From Histomonas meleagridis 2922-C6/04-290x (lineage: Eukaryota; Protista; Parabasalia): 64,000 nucleotides of DNA. Made by a program: the position numbers and the translations under genes. Positions 10,862-23,598 of the stretch are shown here, one piece after another (position 1 is the stretch's first letter; the number at the start of each line of letters is the position of its first letter). Under the pieces are notes generated by a model. The model did not search any database, was not told the origin of the DNA, and saw nothing but the letters and a program-made list of their open reading frames with translations. The stretch lies in assembly GCA_020184695.1 (NCBI GenBank), contig JAANOX010000227.1, positions 62,001 through 126,000 of the forward strand. The letters are read 5' to 3'.

Positions 10862-13800
10862 ATGGAATATATTCAAGATTACAACATGATCTCATTTCCA
10901 AAAGAATGGGGAAGAAAAGAAATCACTCAAATTCCAAAAGAAATTACTTGTTGTGTTATTGATTTAAGTTTTATAGTTTCTTCAAAACTTGATCCAAAGT
11001 TAGATATTCATTCAAATGGAGATGTTACTATAATGGATCTTCATTGCGTTGATGAAATTGAGCATAGTTTATGCATACATGTCCATAACTTTGAACCATA
11101 TTTTTATATTTCTATTCCAAATGATTTTAATGAAACAAAGTTAAAATCCTTTCAAAGTAAAATAAATTTTTTAATCGGATCAAAAATACCTGTGATTAGT
11201 AAACTTGAAATTGTAACAAAAATAAAATTTATGTATTATCACCCTGAAAAAGAACGATTTTTAAAAATTACAACAAGAACACCAAATCAAATATTACAAA
11301 TATGTCGAATATTTGAAGAAAAGAAATTTGTCTTTCCTAATTTTGATATAGAAATATTTGAAGCTAATGTTAATTATATAATTCGATTTATGAGTGATAT
11401 TCATATTAGTGGGTGTTCATGGATAACAATAAACAATTTTTTTGAAACACCGTTAAAAGATTATAACACAATATCACAAATAGAAATTGATGTTTCATAT
11501 GAAAATATCAAGCCAATAAATGAACTTACATATCCACAATTTAGAATTATGTCATTTGATATTGAAGTTTTTAGTGAGGATTCTCATTTTACAGAAGGAA
11601 ATCAAGTTATTCAAATTTGTGGTCATTTAAAAACTTGTAATCATTTATCATCATTTGCTTTAACATTAGGTACATGCTTACCTATAATTGGAACAAACGT
11701 ATATCAATTCGACGATGAAAAAACATTATTATTAAGTTTTCAAAAATTAATTCGATTTTTTGATCCAGATATTATTATAGGATACAATATTATTAATTAT
11801 AAATTACCACATTTAATCAAAAGAAGTAAATTCATTGGATGTAATGAATTTTGTGCCTTAAGTAAATATAAAAGTAAATATTGTAAATTAAAAAAGGTAA
11901 GAAGGTTTATCAAAGCACTTGGAAGAAGAGATTTTGAAGAAGTTAAAATTGAAGGAATCATTGTTTATGATATGCTTATATCAATTCAACTTGAACATAA
12001 ATTACGATCTTATTCACTTAATTCAGTTTCAATTCATTTTTTAAATGAACAAAAAGAAGAATTACATTATATAACTATATCAAAATTATTTAAAGGTAAT
12101 TCATTAGATCGACATCGTATTGGAATTTATTGTATAAAAAACTCTTTGTTGTCATTAAAATTAATGGAAAAATTATTGTCAATTATTAATTCGATTGAAT
12201 TATCACGAATTTGTCATGTTCCTATAAATTATTTATTAAATAAAGGACAACAAATTCGAGTTTTTTCTCAAATACTAAGAAAAGCTAATGAACATGAAAT
12301 GATAATACCATATTATAAAATAGACAAAACTGATATACAATTTAAAGGTGCAATGGTTATTGAGCCTAAAATTGGATTATATACAAATCCAATTATATCA
12401 TTAGATTTTGCTTCTTTATATCCATCAATAATGATTTCATATAATATATGTTATTCAACAATTCTCTTATCTAGCAAAAATTTAAAAAAAGAATATATAG
12501 TTTCACCAAATAATGTTATATTCATAAAAGAAAGAATTGGAATTTTACCTGAAATACTTATTGAATTATTAAATGAAAGAAAAAAAGTAATGGAATTAAT
12601 TAAAACTGAAACTGATCCAAATTTAATTAATATTTATAAATGTCGTCAATTAGCTTTAAAAATTTCTGCAAACTCTGTTTATGGATTTACTGGTTCATCA
12701 ACTGGTAGACTTTCATTAATACAACTCTCAGAAGCTATTACAAGTTTTGGTAGAAGTATAATACAAAAAACTAAAAATGAAACAGAAACTAATATGAATA
12801 AAAATGTGATTTATGGCGATACTGATTCAATTATGATTGATATAGGTAAAGAATCTATTAAAAACGCAATAAAAATTGGTGAAAATATTTCTTCTTTTGT
12901 TTCAAATTTATTTGTTGAACCAATTCAACTTCAATTCGAAGGTATATATCAGCCATTAATTTTAATGTCAAAAAAACATTATGTTGGAATTATTCATAAA
13001 ACGTTAAATGATGATGGTATAATTGTGACAAAAGGAATTGAAACTATTCGAAGAGATAATTGTTTACTTGTACAGCAAATGTTACACTATTTAATAAAGT
13101 TTTTATTGATTGAAAATGATATTTTAAAAGCAAAAAATTTTGTTTACTCAATTATTAAAGATCTTTTTAACCAAAAAATTGATTATTCATTTTTAGTTAT
13201 CTCAAAAACATTTGGTAAAAATGAAGAAGAATATAAAAACAAGCAACCTCATATCCAATTATTAAATCGTATTAAAAGAAGAGGATTAGAATTTATACCA
13301 AGAATTGGAGATAGAATTCCATATTTAATAATACAAAAGAAAACATATAATATTTATGATAGAAGTGAAGATCCGATTTATACACTAAAAAATGGATTAC
13401 AAATTGATGCAAAATATTATTTAGAAAATCAATTAAAAAAACCTTTAATTCGTCTTTTAAAATCATTTATTAACGAAAATGACATTAATGACCTATTTAA
13501 AGTTTCACATATAAAAAACAAATCTTCAAAAATTCAAAACTTATTGCAGAAAAAAGATTCAATTATTACTTATATGAAACATGAAGAAACATGTATTTGT
13601 GGAAATAAAATCATTGAACAGAACAAAAAACCAATTTGTAATAAATGTGAAAATTTAATTGATGAAATTTATCAAGAGAAAATAAAATTATACAAACATG
13701 CAGAAATCGATCAAAGTAAGCTCTGGACACAATGCCAAAGATGTCAAAAGTCATTTACATTTCATAATTTTTGTGTTGCAAATGAATGCCCAATTTTTTA

Positions 13801-13876
13801 TAGAAGAACAAGTGCACAAATTGATTTAGAAGACATCTATAAAATACTTTGTAAATTTGATACATTTATATCATAA
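10862..13876 (+). CDS. POLD1: DNA polymerase delta catalytic subunit-like (family B), divergent, ExoII/ExoIII aspartates substituted
   Basis: DFASLYPSIM, QLALKISANSVYGFTG and YGDTDS; C-terminal CysA and CysB (LWTQCQRCQ...CVANECPIFYRR). First ATG is at 10862; the ORF track starts at a GTG at 10826. Confidence 0.88.
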   Translation: MEYIQDYNMISFPKEWGRKEITQIPKEITCCVIDLSFIVSSKLDPKLDIHSNGDVTIMDLHCVDEIEHSLCIHVHNFEPYFYISIPNDFNETKLKSFQSKINFLIGSKIPVISKLEIVTKIKFMYYHPEKERFLKITTRTPNQILQICRIFEEKKFVFPNFDIEIFEANVNYIIRFMSDIHISGCSWITINNFFETPLKDYNTISQIEIDVSYENIKPINELTYPQFRIMSFDIEVFSEDSHFTEGNQVIQICGHLKTCNHLSSFALTLGTCLPIIGTNVYQFDDEKTLLLSFQKLIRFFDPDIIIGYNIINYKLPHLIKRSKFIGCNEFCALSKYKSKYCKLKKVRRFIKALGRRDFEEVKIEGIIVYDMLISIQLEHKLRSYSLNSVSIHFLNEQKEELHYITISKLFKGNSLDRHRIGIYCIKNSLLSLKLMEKLLSIINSIELSRICHVPINYLLNKGQQIRVFSQILRKANEHEMIIPYYKIDKTDIQFKGAMVIEPKIGLYTNPIISLDFASLYPSIMISYNICYSTILLSSKNLKKEYIVSPNNVIFIKERIGILPEILIELLNERKKVMELIKTETDPNLINIYKCRQLALKISANSVYGFTGSSTGRLSLIQLSEAITSFGRSIIQKTKNETETNMNKNVIYGDTDSIMIDIGKESIKNAIKIGENISSFVSNLFVEPIQLQFEGIYQPLILMSKKHYVGIIHKTLNDDGIIVTKGIETIRRDNCLLVQQMLHYLIKFLLIENDILKAKNFVYSIIKDLFNQKIDYSFLVISKTFGKNEEEYKNKQPHIQLLNRIKRRGLEFIPRIGDRIPYLIIQKKTYNIYDRSEDPIYTLKNGLQIDAKYYLENQLKKPLIRLLKSFINENDINDLFKVSHIKNKSSKIQNLLQKKDSIITYMKHEETCICGNKIIEQNKKPICNKCENLIDEIYQEKIKLYKHAEIDQSKLWTQCQRCQKSFTFHNFCVANECPIFYRRTSAQIDLEDIYKILCKFDTFIS

Positions 13877-14252
13877 ATTTATATATGGCAGTAAAAAAAT
13901 TTTTCATTTAAAATACCTTGGCAATAAAAATTTATATCAGATGATGTAAGTACAACATTTTCAAAAAACAATGAATCAACGTCTAATAAGAATTTAAAAT
14001 CAAAGGCATAAGATATCTTTTAAAATAAGTCTAAAAAAAAAATGTCAACCAAAAAATTTTTAATAGGATGGAATGAATTTAGAAGAAGTAATTATTTTTT
14101 TTAAAAAATGTATTAATAAAAATATTTTTTTTTCACAATATAAAATTGGTTGTAGTTGCATCATTTCATAGATATAATGAATAATCACATTTAGGTTGAC
14201 ACCTTTAGAAAATGATGAAAACTAATTTTTATAAAACATCAATAAAATACTA

Positions 14253-15904
14253 CAGATTCCAATCCAAATGGGTTTAACCGTTTTTTCCCCGCCATTTTTT
14301 AATGAAATCAAACTCATCTAAATCCATAAAAGAGTTATCAAAACCAATTCCCACTGGAGATTTAATGAAAGGATTACTCAAATTTTATTCTCCAACAACT
14401 TCAAGACATATTATCAGAGTACTCGCAGGATTCAATTATAAAATGCGTTACCAGCAAATTAGATATTTGAAGATGACGACAATCGAGCTAGATGATCTTA
14501 GGCCTGTGACATGTATAAAGCTAGGTGACATTTGTAATTTAAAGCCTCAGATTATTACAAAAGCACTAAAGAAATTTAGTAAACATAGAAATCCAATAGG
14601 TAATAAGAAAAAATTAACTGATGAACAAGAAGAAACAGTAATTCAGCATATTTGTGCTAAGTGCAATGACCACATGCCTCTCTCTTCAAAAGAAATTCTA
14701 GATTTTTGTTTGAAACAACTCAAAATAGAATTAACAGATGGGTGGCTTCAAAAATTTATAAAGCGACATTCTAATCGAATTCAGAGGGCTGTTTCATACC
14801 CCCAATAAGATAAGCGTTTATGAATAACAAAAGAACATTGTTATTATTATCTATACATCTTAAAAAATGAAGTGAATGGAAAATTCGCCGAAATAGTATT
14901 TAATGATGATGAAACGGGTTCATCTGAATGGATAGACAAAAAAATACGAAATGTTATTGTGTAATGTCATGGTGAAGACGTACGTATTACTCACAAAGTT
15001 AGAAGATCTACAAAATTACAAACAATGTTAGGATGCATTTCAGCTGCAGGTGATGTATTAACACCTGTTTTGATCCATTCAAGGAAAACAGTAGACAATG
15101 AATTATATGCAAAAGGTTTAAGGGAAGGAACCGACGTTATTCTGAAGTATTCAGAATCTGGGTATATTAATTCGTTAATCTTTGAGGAATGGATCGAACA
15201 TTTTTCTGTCACTTTTGTGAATGACACAAGAAAATCATTAAATTTACAGAATGAAGAGGCAATTTTATTTCTTGATGGATGTAGTTCGCATATATCAGAT
15301 AAGGTGAAAACAATATTGGGTCTGAACAAAATTAAAATGATCACGTTCCCGCCACATGCTACCTATATTTTCCAAATGCTTGATTTAGTCACTTTTGGCG
15401 TTTTAAAGCATATTAAACCAAGTATCACTTCACCATTCTTAAAAAATTCGCAAGCACACAATATATATAAATATTTGGGGGCGTTTGAGATTGCTACAAT
15501 CTCTTCTAACAATAGATCTGCATTTTTTAATGCAGGTTTCATTTTTGATACGTCTATACATCCCTATAAAATCATGATAAACGAAAATCAAATTAAGGAA
15601 AGATAGAGGGACTTAACTTAATATCAGAGGTAGAATTTCAAAGCAATTTCCCCGGAGCAAGAAGGAAAGAGTTTGGATTCATTTATAAACAATTTTTCTA
15701 ATTTTTTGATTCTCTCTTTAAATTTTAAAAATAATATTTTAATATAAAATTATATATCTATTTGCATAATAAATATATTTATAACTTTTAAAAAATATTG
15801 TATATTAATGAAGATATTTTTGTTTTATTTTGAGTTTCCACCACTTTTTCATGAAAACGGTTAAGCCCATTTGGATTGGATAACCCCATTTAGATTGGAA
15901 TCTG
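14253..15904 (+). mobile_element. pogo/Tc1-mariner superfamily DNA transposon, 1652 bp, TA target duplication
   Basis: Left end TA|CAGATTCCAATCCAAATGGG and right end CCCATTTAGATTGGAATCTG|TA (19/20 inverted match) enclose a DDE_1-type transposase. Confidence 0.9.
14302..15606 (+). pseudogene. pogo-type (CENP-B HTH + DD35D) transposase with three in-frame stops
   Basis: One reading frame throughout: HTH region (GWLQKFIKRH), NDDETG, FLDGCSSH and FQMLD with 35 residues between D2 and D3; stops at 14806, 14821 and about 14962. Confidence 0.88.
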
Positions 15905-16078
15905 TATATTCAAATAATAATTAAAATTGTATAATTATGATTTTTAATTTATTTTTGGTTTATTAAATGAAAAGACATTTGATATATATAACCTCCTGAA
16001 TATTATAGGAATAAGCAAAGTAACAATTGCTAATCATTCAATGAGAATGAATTAAATCTTAATATCGGAATACCACAA

Positions 16079-16291
16079 ATGCATGATTCATATGGAGCAG
16101 TTATTGCACAAGAATTAGAAAAAGAACTTAACAAAGTAAAAATAATCAATGATAATGAAGGAGAATTTGTTGGAACCTCATTCCAATGTTATCATAAAGT
16201 ACGGTGTGAAAAATGAAGAATTCAACCATACAATCCAGAACAAAATAGGAAAATGAAAAAGTGGTGGCAAACTTATGAAGATCGAAAATGA
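16079..16291 (+). pseudogene. rve-type integrase core remnant (IS481/Ginger/Maverick-like)
   Basis: Translation gives KIINDNEGEFVG...*RIQPYNPEQNRKMKKWWQT, resembling the xDNGxEF and PxxPxQNGxxER motifs of retroviral-type integrases. Confidence 0.55.
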
Positions 16292-17068
16292 AAAGCCACT
16301 CTTTGGTGATATATGGTTTCCCACTTTTCCGTAGAATCTCGATGTATAAAAGAAATCAGTAAAATTGCATTATCAATTAATTTTTTTAATAAATTGTCTT
16401 TAATATGCTTTGATTATAATTTTGTAATTTTTATTGTATATTGAGAAAATGTACATCTTTAAAAATTTTTAAATTTCGTACAACGAACGTTAGGGGGACA
16501 CCCTATAAAATCAATGCTAAAAAAATTTAGCAAATAATTTTTTTAAGTGGTTTTTATCAGGCTTTTCCAAACAAATCATGGTATTCGATCAACTGATCGA
16601 TTGGTCAACACCAACTGACCTCTTGCTCTATATTGTATATATCAGATCAATCTGTACTGCACATACTTTGTGCGTTTAGTTAAAGAACAACCGTTTAATT
16701 CTAAACACCCACAGAGCCTATCGCAAAGAGCAAAAACTTATAGATCTGCGTTAATTTCATTTTAAAAGTTGTCTTATAATCGAAAGACACTTCGAATAAT
16801 TTATAAAAAAGTCATCAAAATCATTTTTTTTCATTATGGAAACCTCCTTGGGGAAGAATTGCTGTTACATTCGTTGAATGAGCTCCAAATATAGGGTACT
16901 CGGTTAATTCGTGCAATTCTTATGATAATAATATCTTATAAGATATTAATGAAATTTTCTCACTACAAATCAGTTGCTGCTCAAAAAGTGGATGAGTTTC
17001 ACTATCAATTGAGCATGCTAATCCAATATCATATATATATAAAAATTAATCTAAAAAGTTTATCGAAA

Positions 17069-17140
17069 GGGTGTGTAGCTCAGTGGTAGAGCGCTACATT
17101 TGCATTGTAGAGGCCTGGGGTTCGATCCCCCACACATCCA
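17069..17140 (+). tRNA. tRNA-Ala(UGC)
   Basis: Cloverleaf: acceptor GGGTGTG/CACATCC, D arm GCTC/GAGC, anticodon stem CTACA/TGTAG with loop TT-TGC-AT, T loop TTCGATC; followed by a T7 Pol III terminator. Confidence 0.97.
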
Positions 17141-17149
17141 TTTTTTTCT

Positions 17150-18331
17150 GATCAGGTATATTGATATTTGCTAATGATGAACACCGATAAAATAAATAAT
17201 TTCCAATCGTTGTGACTGAATTTAAGAGTGTAATATTTTTTAATGCTGAACAATAAGAAAATCAATAATTACCAATTAAAGTTACTGAATTAGGAATAAT
17301 TATGCTATCTAAAGACTCACATTTACAAAATAAACAATTTTAAATTGAATCAACTAATTCATGAATTTCAATATATATTAATTTGTAATAATGATATTTG
17401 TTAAATGATGATGAACAATAATAAAATGAATAATTTCCAATTGTTGTCACAGAATTTAAAATTTCATATGTAGTGTCGGTTATACCATTTGGATAGCAAG
17501 GAATTGTTGTACAATCTTTATTATAAAGAATTCCATCCTTTCCATTACAATAATCAGCATTTTGATCAGATACAGTAATAAATTGAAGTTTGGGACAATC
17601 TGAAAAAGCACGATTACCAATTAATTTGACTGATTTTGGAACAGTATTTGTTATTGATGAACACTGATAAATAATAAATTTCCTATTATTTCCACATTTT
17701 ACCCAATTGTTAATGTTGTCAAATTAGAACAATCAGAAAATACAGAATTCCCAATTGAATTTGGAATTACAATATTTACAAATGAACATTCTTCAAACGC
17801 ATAATTTTCAATTGTTTCAACATTGTCCCCAAGCGTAATTGCTTTCAATGCACAACATGAAAATACATAATTTCCATTAATATAACAGAATTTGGAATTA
17901 TGATATTTGAAAATGAATTCATTCAGTGAACGCATAGCAATTGATTGTTTTTATTACCTAAGTTAACTGTTCTCGAATCATAACAACTATTAAATGAATA
18001 ATTTCCAATAGTTTCAACTGAATTTGGAATTGAAATCGAAATTAATGCTGAACAATAATAAAACGAATAACTTTCAATGGTTGTAACTGTATTTGGGATT
18101 TCAAATATTTTATTGGTCATACTCATTGGATACCAAACAATTGTGAAATCTTTGCTATTAAGAATTCCATTATCTCCATTACAATATCAACTTTAATTAA
18201 TGTTTTTCATTGGTAAAACGATTTAGATTCAATCTCGTTAATTCGACCACTTATTGTTAGATGAATTGTTAAACTTCATATGTTTCAAGTGATTTCATAA
18301 AAAAATAAGAAAAATAAAAACGGAAGAGCAT
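17150..18331 (-). pseudogene. BspA-like LRR pseudogene (many stops and frameshifts)
   Basis: Fragments ITLGDNVETIENYAFEEC and ISIPNSVETIGNYSFNSC; signal-like start MLFRFYFSYFF at 18331. Confidence 0.8.
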
Positions 18332-19468
18332 TACAATTTGAATTTTTATTTTTTGATTTTTTTGATACACTAATTTCGATGAAAAACTAAGAATTTTAAC
18401 AAAAAATATCATGAGAATAATTGAAATTCGTAAAGTGGTCAATGAAATGATGTTAAATTTATCTAACTTTATGTTTATAAATAATAGATATTTTAAAAAA
18501 TTTGCCAAAAAACTGAATTTACCAGCAAAGATTTTATTGGGAAATACTTTGTGATATCGACAAAATAATTGTTACTAAAATTTAGTATGGAAGAGAAATT
18601 CATATAGTATACTTTTCAGAGGTTTTATTTTTTCTTGATTTTTCTGAAAGATAGTTTTTTGAGTCAAAAATTAAGTACAGGGGTACTTTTACTTAAGGTA
18701 TAAAGTTAACTTTATTCAAATAAGAAATTAAAATTAATGCAATATTATTATTATTATTTTCATATAATGCAATCACTTATGAAAAGAAATTTAAAGCATT
18801 TCATATGGTTGTTCGATGGTTTTATTTTTTCTTTGATTTGATAATTTCTAATAGCATATAATCACAAAGATAGTTGTTAATCAAAAAATATATTAAATAT
18901 ATTAAATTATTATCAAAAAACTCATATTTACTTTGGTACATTCTAATAGAATATTTATTTAATGTGTTTCCAAGCATGTCAATGTCAAAAAGTTATTTGT
19001 AATTACATTTTGTAAAATGGAAATTAAACTGTTTCATTTTCGAAACGATGATACAACCAATATAATTATTATTAAATAATGAAGAAATACCTTAAGAAGA
19101 ACTTCAGATGTCAAAAAATGATTTTCATTGAACTCAAAGCGTTTATTATAAAATAGTTATGCATGATCTTTGTAATGTTGTTTCCAAAATATTTTTGTTG
19201 AAGTTTTTCTTACAATGCACTTTATAATATTGATGTTTTTATGTATTTACATTTTGCTTTGTGAATATATTTGTTATAATGTATATTGCTATTTTGATGA
19301 TTTTCATATGTTTGTGTGTTTATATAAACTTTTGTTTTGATACAATTATTTCGATTGTTTTATGCGAACATTTGATCTTTGAGTTGATTTTGATTATTAG
19401 GAATGTGCGCTTCATTTCCATTTTTAATTGAAAATGAAGATTTGATATTTGTAGAAGAGGAATATGAA

Positions 19469-22400
19469 TTAGAATTTTGGTTTGTACTTTTTTTCAAGGA
19501 GTAAATTTACTATTTCTGTGTATCCTTTCTTTTGTGCAATTTGAAGTGCTGTTTCAAATTATTAAAACACATTTCAAATTGTTAAAACATATTCTAAATT
19601 ATTAAAACATATTATAAATTATTCAAATGAATGTCTTTTACATTAACATCAATTCCTTTTTGTTCTAAAAGTAATTTTACTATTTCTATATTATTATTTC
19701 TAACTGCTATATGAAGTGCTGTTTCAAATTATTAAAAAATATTCCAAATTATTAAAACATATATAAAATTATTAAAACATATTTCAAATTATTAAAACAT
19801 ATTTCAAATTATTAAAATGAATATTTTTTGCATTATCATCAATTCCTTTATCTAAAAGTAATTTTACTATTTCTATATTATTATTTCTAACTGCTATATG
19901 AAGTGCTGTTTCAAATTATTAAAAAATATTCCAAATCATTAAAACATATATAAAATTATTAAAACATATTATAAATTATTAAAACATATTCCAAATTATT
20001 AAAACATATTCCAAATCATTAAAACATATTTTAAATTATAAAAACATATTTTAAATTATTAAAACATATTTCAAATTATTCAAATGAATATTTATTGCAT
20101 TAACATCAATTCCTTTTTCTAAAAGTAATTTTACTATTTCTATATTATTATTTCTAACTGCTATATGAAGTGCTGTTTCAAATTATTAAAAAATATTCCA
20201 AATCATTAAAACATATATAAAATTATTAAAACATATTATAAATTATTAAAACATATTCCAAATTATTAAAACATATTTTAAATTATAAAAACATATTTTA
20301 AATTATTAAAACATATTTCAAATTATTCAAATGAATATTTATTGCATTAACATCAATTCCTTTTTCTAAAAGTAATTTTACTATTTCTATATTATTATTT
20401 CTAACTGCTATATGAAGTGCTGTTTCAAATTATTAAAAAATATTCCAAATCATTAAAACATATATAAAATTATTAAAACATATTATAAATTATTAAAACA
20501 TATTCCAAATCATTAAAACATATTTTAAATTATAAAAACATATTTTAAATTATTAAAACATATTTCAAATTATTCAAATGAATGTCTTTTACATTAACAT
20601 CAATTCCTTTTTCTAAAAGTAATTTTACTATTTCTATATTATTATTTCTAACTGCTATATGAAGTGCTGTTTCAAATTATTAAAAAATATTCCAAATCAT
20701 TAAAACATATATAAAATTATTAAAACATATTTCAAATTATTAAAACATATTTTAAATTATAAAAACATATTCTAAATTATTAAAACATATTCCAAATTAT
20801 TCAAATGAATGTCTTTTACATTAACATTAATTCCTTTTTGATCTAAAAGTAATTTTACTATTTCTATATTATTATTTCTAACTGCTATATGAAGTGCTGT
20901 TTCAAATTATTAAAACATATTCTAAATTATTAAAACAGATTATAAATTATTAAAACATATATAAAATTATTAAAACATATATAAAATTATTAAAATATAT
21001 CCTAAATTATTAAAGCATATTCTAAATTACTAAAACATATTCCAAATTATTTAAATGAATATCTTTTGCATTAACATCAATTCCTTTTTGTTCTAAAAGT
21101 AATTTTACTATTTCTATATTATTATTTCTAACTGCTATATGAAGTGCTGTTTCAAATTATTAAAAAATATTCCAAATTATTAAAACATATTTCAAATTAT
21201 TCAAATAAATATGAAAATATTCAAATGAATATTTATTGCATTAACATCAATTCCTTTTTCTAAAAGTAATTTTACTATTTCTATGTTATTATTTCTAACT
21301 GCTATATGAAGTGCTGTTTCAAATTATTAAAAAATATTCCAAATTATTAAAAAATATTCCAAATTATTAAAACATATATAAAATTATTAAAACATATATA
21401 AAATTATTAAAACATATATAAAATTATTAAAATATATCCTAAATTATTAAAGCATATTTGAAATTCTTAAAACATATTCCAAATTATTCAAATGAATGTC
21501 TTTTACATTAACATCAATTCCTTTATCTAAAAGTAATTTTACTATTTCTACATTATTATTTTTAACTGCTATATGAAGTGCTGTTCCAAATTATTAAAAC
21601 ATATTACAAATTATTAAAACATATATAAAATTATTAAAACATATTCCAAATTATTTAAATGAATATCTTTTGCATTAACACTAATTCCTTTTTGATCTAA
21701 AAGTAATTTTACTATTTCTATATTATTATTTCTAACTGCTATATGAAGTGCTGTTCCAAATTACTAAAACATATTCTAAATTATTAAAATAAATATATTT
21801 TGCATTAACATCAATTCCTTCTTTATCTAAAAGTAATTTTACTATTTCTATATTATTATTTCTAACTGCTATATGAAGTGCTGTTTCAAATTATTAAAAA
21901 ATATTCCAAATTATTAACACAAATATTTTTTGCATTAACACCAATTCCTTTTTGATCTAAAAGTAATTTTACTATTTCTATATTATTATTTCTAACTGCT
22001 ATATGAAGTGCTGTTTCAAATTATTAAAACATATTCTAAATTATTAAAACACACTCCAAATTATTAAAACATATTTCAAATTATTAAAACATGTTACAAA
22101 TTATTAAAACATATATAAAATTAATAAAACATATTCTAAATTATTAAAATAAATATATTTTGCATTAACATTAATTCCTTTTTGATCTAAAAGTAATTTT
22201 ACTATTTCTATATTATTATTTCTAACTGCTATATGAAGTGCTGTTTCAAATTATTAAAAAATATTCCAAATTATTAAAAAATATTCCAAATTATTAAAAC
22301 ATATTATAAATTATCAAAACATATTCTAAATTATTCAAATGAATCGTTTTTGCATTAACATCAATTCCTTTTTGTTCGAAAACATATTTCACAAGTTCAA

Positions 22401-23598
22401 TATTTGCTGATTCTGAAGCAAATGACAAAATATTTTTTGGAATTTGATTATTTTGAAGGAAATTTTTCAAGAGAAATAAATTTCCATTTCTTGCTGATTC
22501 GTTTATATTATCAGCATTAACATTAATTCCTTTTTCTTCTAAAAATGCTAAAATTTCATAATTATCTTTTTTAATACAAAAACTTACTAAATCATTAGTT
22601 TTATCTTCAGACATTTTTGGCGTTGATTGTATTTTTTCTAATTTATTTTCATAAATGTATTTAAAGACATCATTTTGATGATATTCAATTGCTGTTTCAG
22701 ATGCTTTATCAAATGATGAATGATTTTGTTCACATAAATGAATGATTTCTTCATTTCCACCTGCAACTGCATATTTACCCGTGTTTAATACATTTGAACC
22801 ATTCATAAGTAAATATTTAAAACATTTTATAGAAGAAAAAAATGCTGCATAATCAATTAATGTAACATCTTCTTCGTTAATAAAAGAACATCTTTCATAA
22901 AGTGATGGCTCAATTGTTTGGTTAAAATCAAAATTAATTTGTGATGATATTTCTTGAAGTTTTTCTATTTCATCATTTCGAATTATTTTTGCAATTTCAT
23001 TTGGATTATGTCCAATTTTAATTAATTTTTTATGAAGTTCAAAATCATTCTTCGAAAGTTCTTCATAATTTTTAAAAAAGTATTTTTCTATTGGATCATT
23101 TTCATTAAACCCAAATGAAAAATGGTTTTGGTTTTCTTTTTCTGTTTTATAATGAGAAAAATATTTTGAATTAATATTTTTAGTGATATTTTTATCAATT
23201 AAATTTTGTTCAATCATTTGTTCGATTAAATAATATGATTCTTGTGTGCTGAATGTAGATATACGTTTGATAAAAATTGAAATTAGTTTGTCGACACTTT
23301 GATTATTTTCTTCTTCTTTAGATTGAAGTGTTTTTAAAAAAATTAAGTAAGCATCAAATACATGCTTTTGTGATGAAAATGCATTATAAACGATGTTACT
23401 TATAATAATATTGAATGTATTTGGGAAATTTCCATCGAATAATTCCAAGACTTTATTTGCAGATGCCTGGAAGTTTCCTTGAGTTAGACTGAATATAGTT
23501 TTCTCAAGCTCAACTAGGAATTTCAAGCATGTTGATAAATTATTCATATTTTGATCTCCTGTGTTTATGGTGGTATCATCATTAAGCATGTGCTCCAA
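19469..23598 (-). CDS. DUF3447-type ankyrin-repeat gene: 434-aa ORF followed by 14 further ankyrin modules separated by minisatellite spacers; coding status of the modules unresolved
   Basis: N-terminal ORF 22294-23598 (IIRNDEIEKL, TLIDYAAFFSSIKCFKYL, AVAGGNEEIIHLC); 13 internal modules ETALHIAVRNNNIEIVKLLL(D/E)(Q)KGIDVNAK; terminal module ETALQIAQKKGYTEIVNLLLEKKYKPKF* with stop at 19469-19471. Confidence 0.75.
19556..22347. repeat. Compound tandem array: 87-90-bp ankyrin module alternating with 2-9 copies of a 20-bp minisatellite (AAATTATTAAAACATATTCC-like)
   Basis: 14 spacers counted by hand, from the 5' end of the gene: 100, 140, 40, 40, 80, 180, 80, 160, 140, 160, 160, 180, 100 and 80 bp. 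Confidence 0.93.

Noticed and set aside
10826-13876. REV3 (Pol zeta) or Maverick protein-primed PolB
   Set aside because: The size, DFASLYPS motif and Pol delta-type CysB (LWTQCQRC...CPIFY) fit Pol delta; there is no REV3-type large insertion and no Maverick gene context.
19556-22347. CRISPR-like appearance (conserved repeat plus variable spacers)
   Set aside because: The repeats encode ankyrin modules, the spacers are copies of one 20-bp minisatellite rather than unique sequences, there are no cas genes, and the context is eukaryotic.
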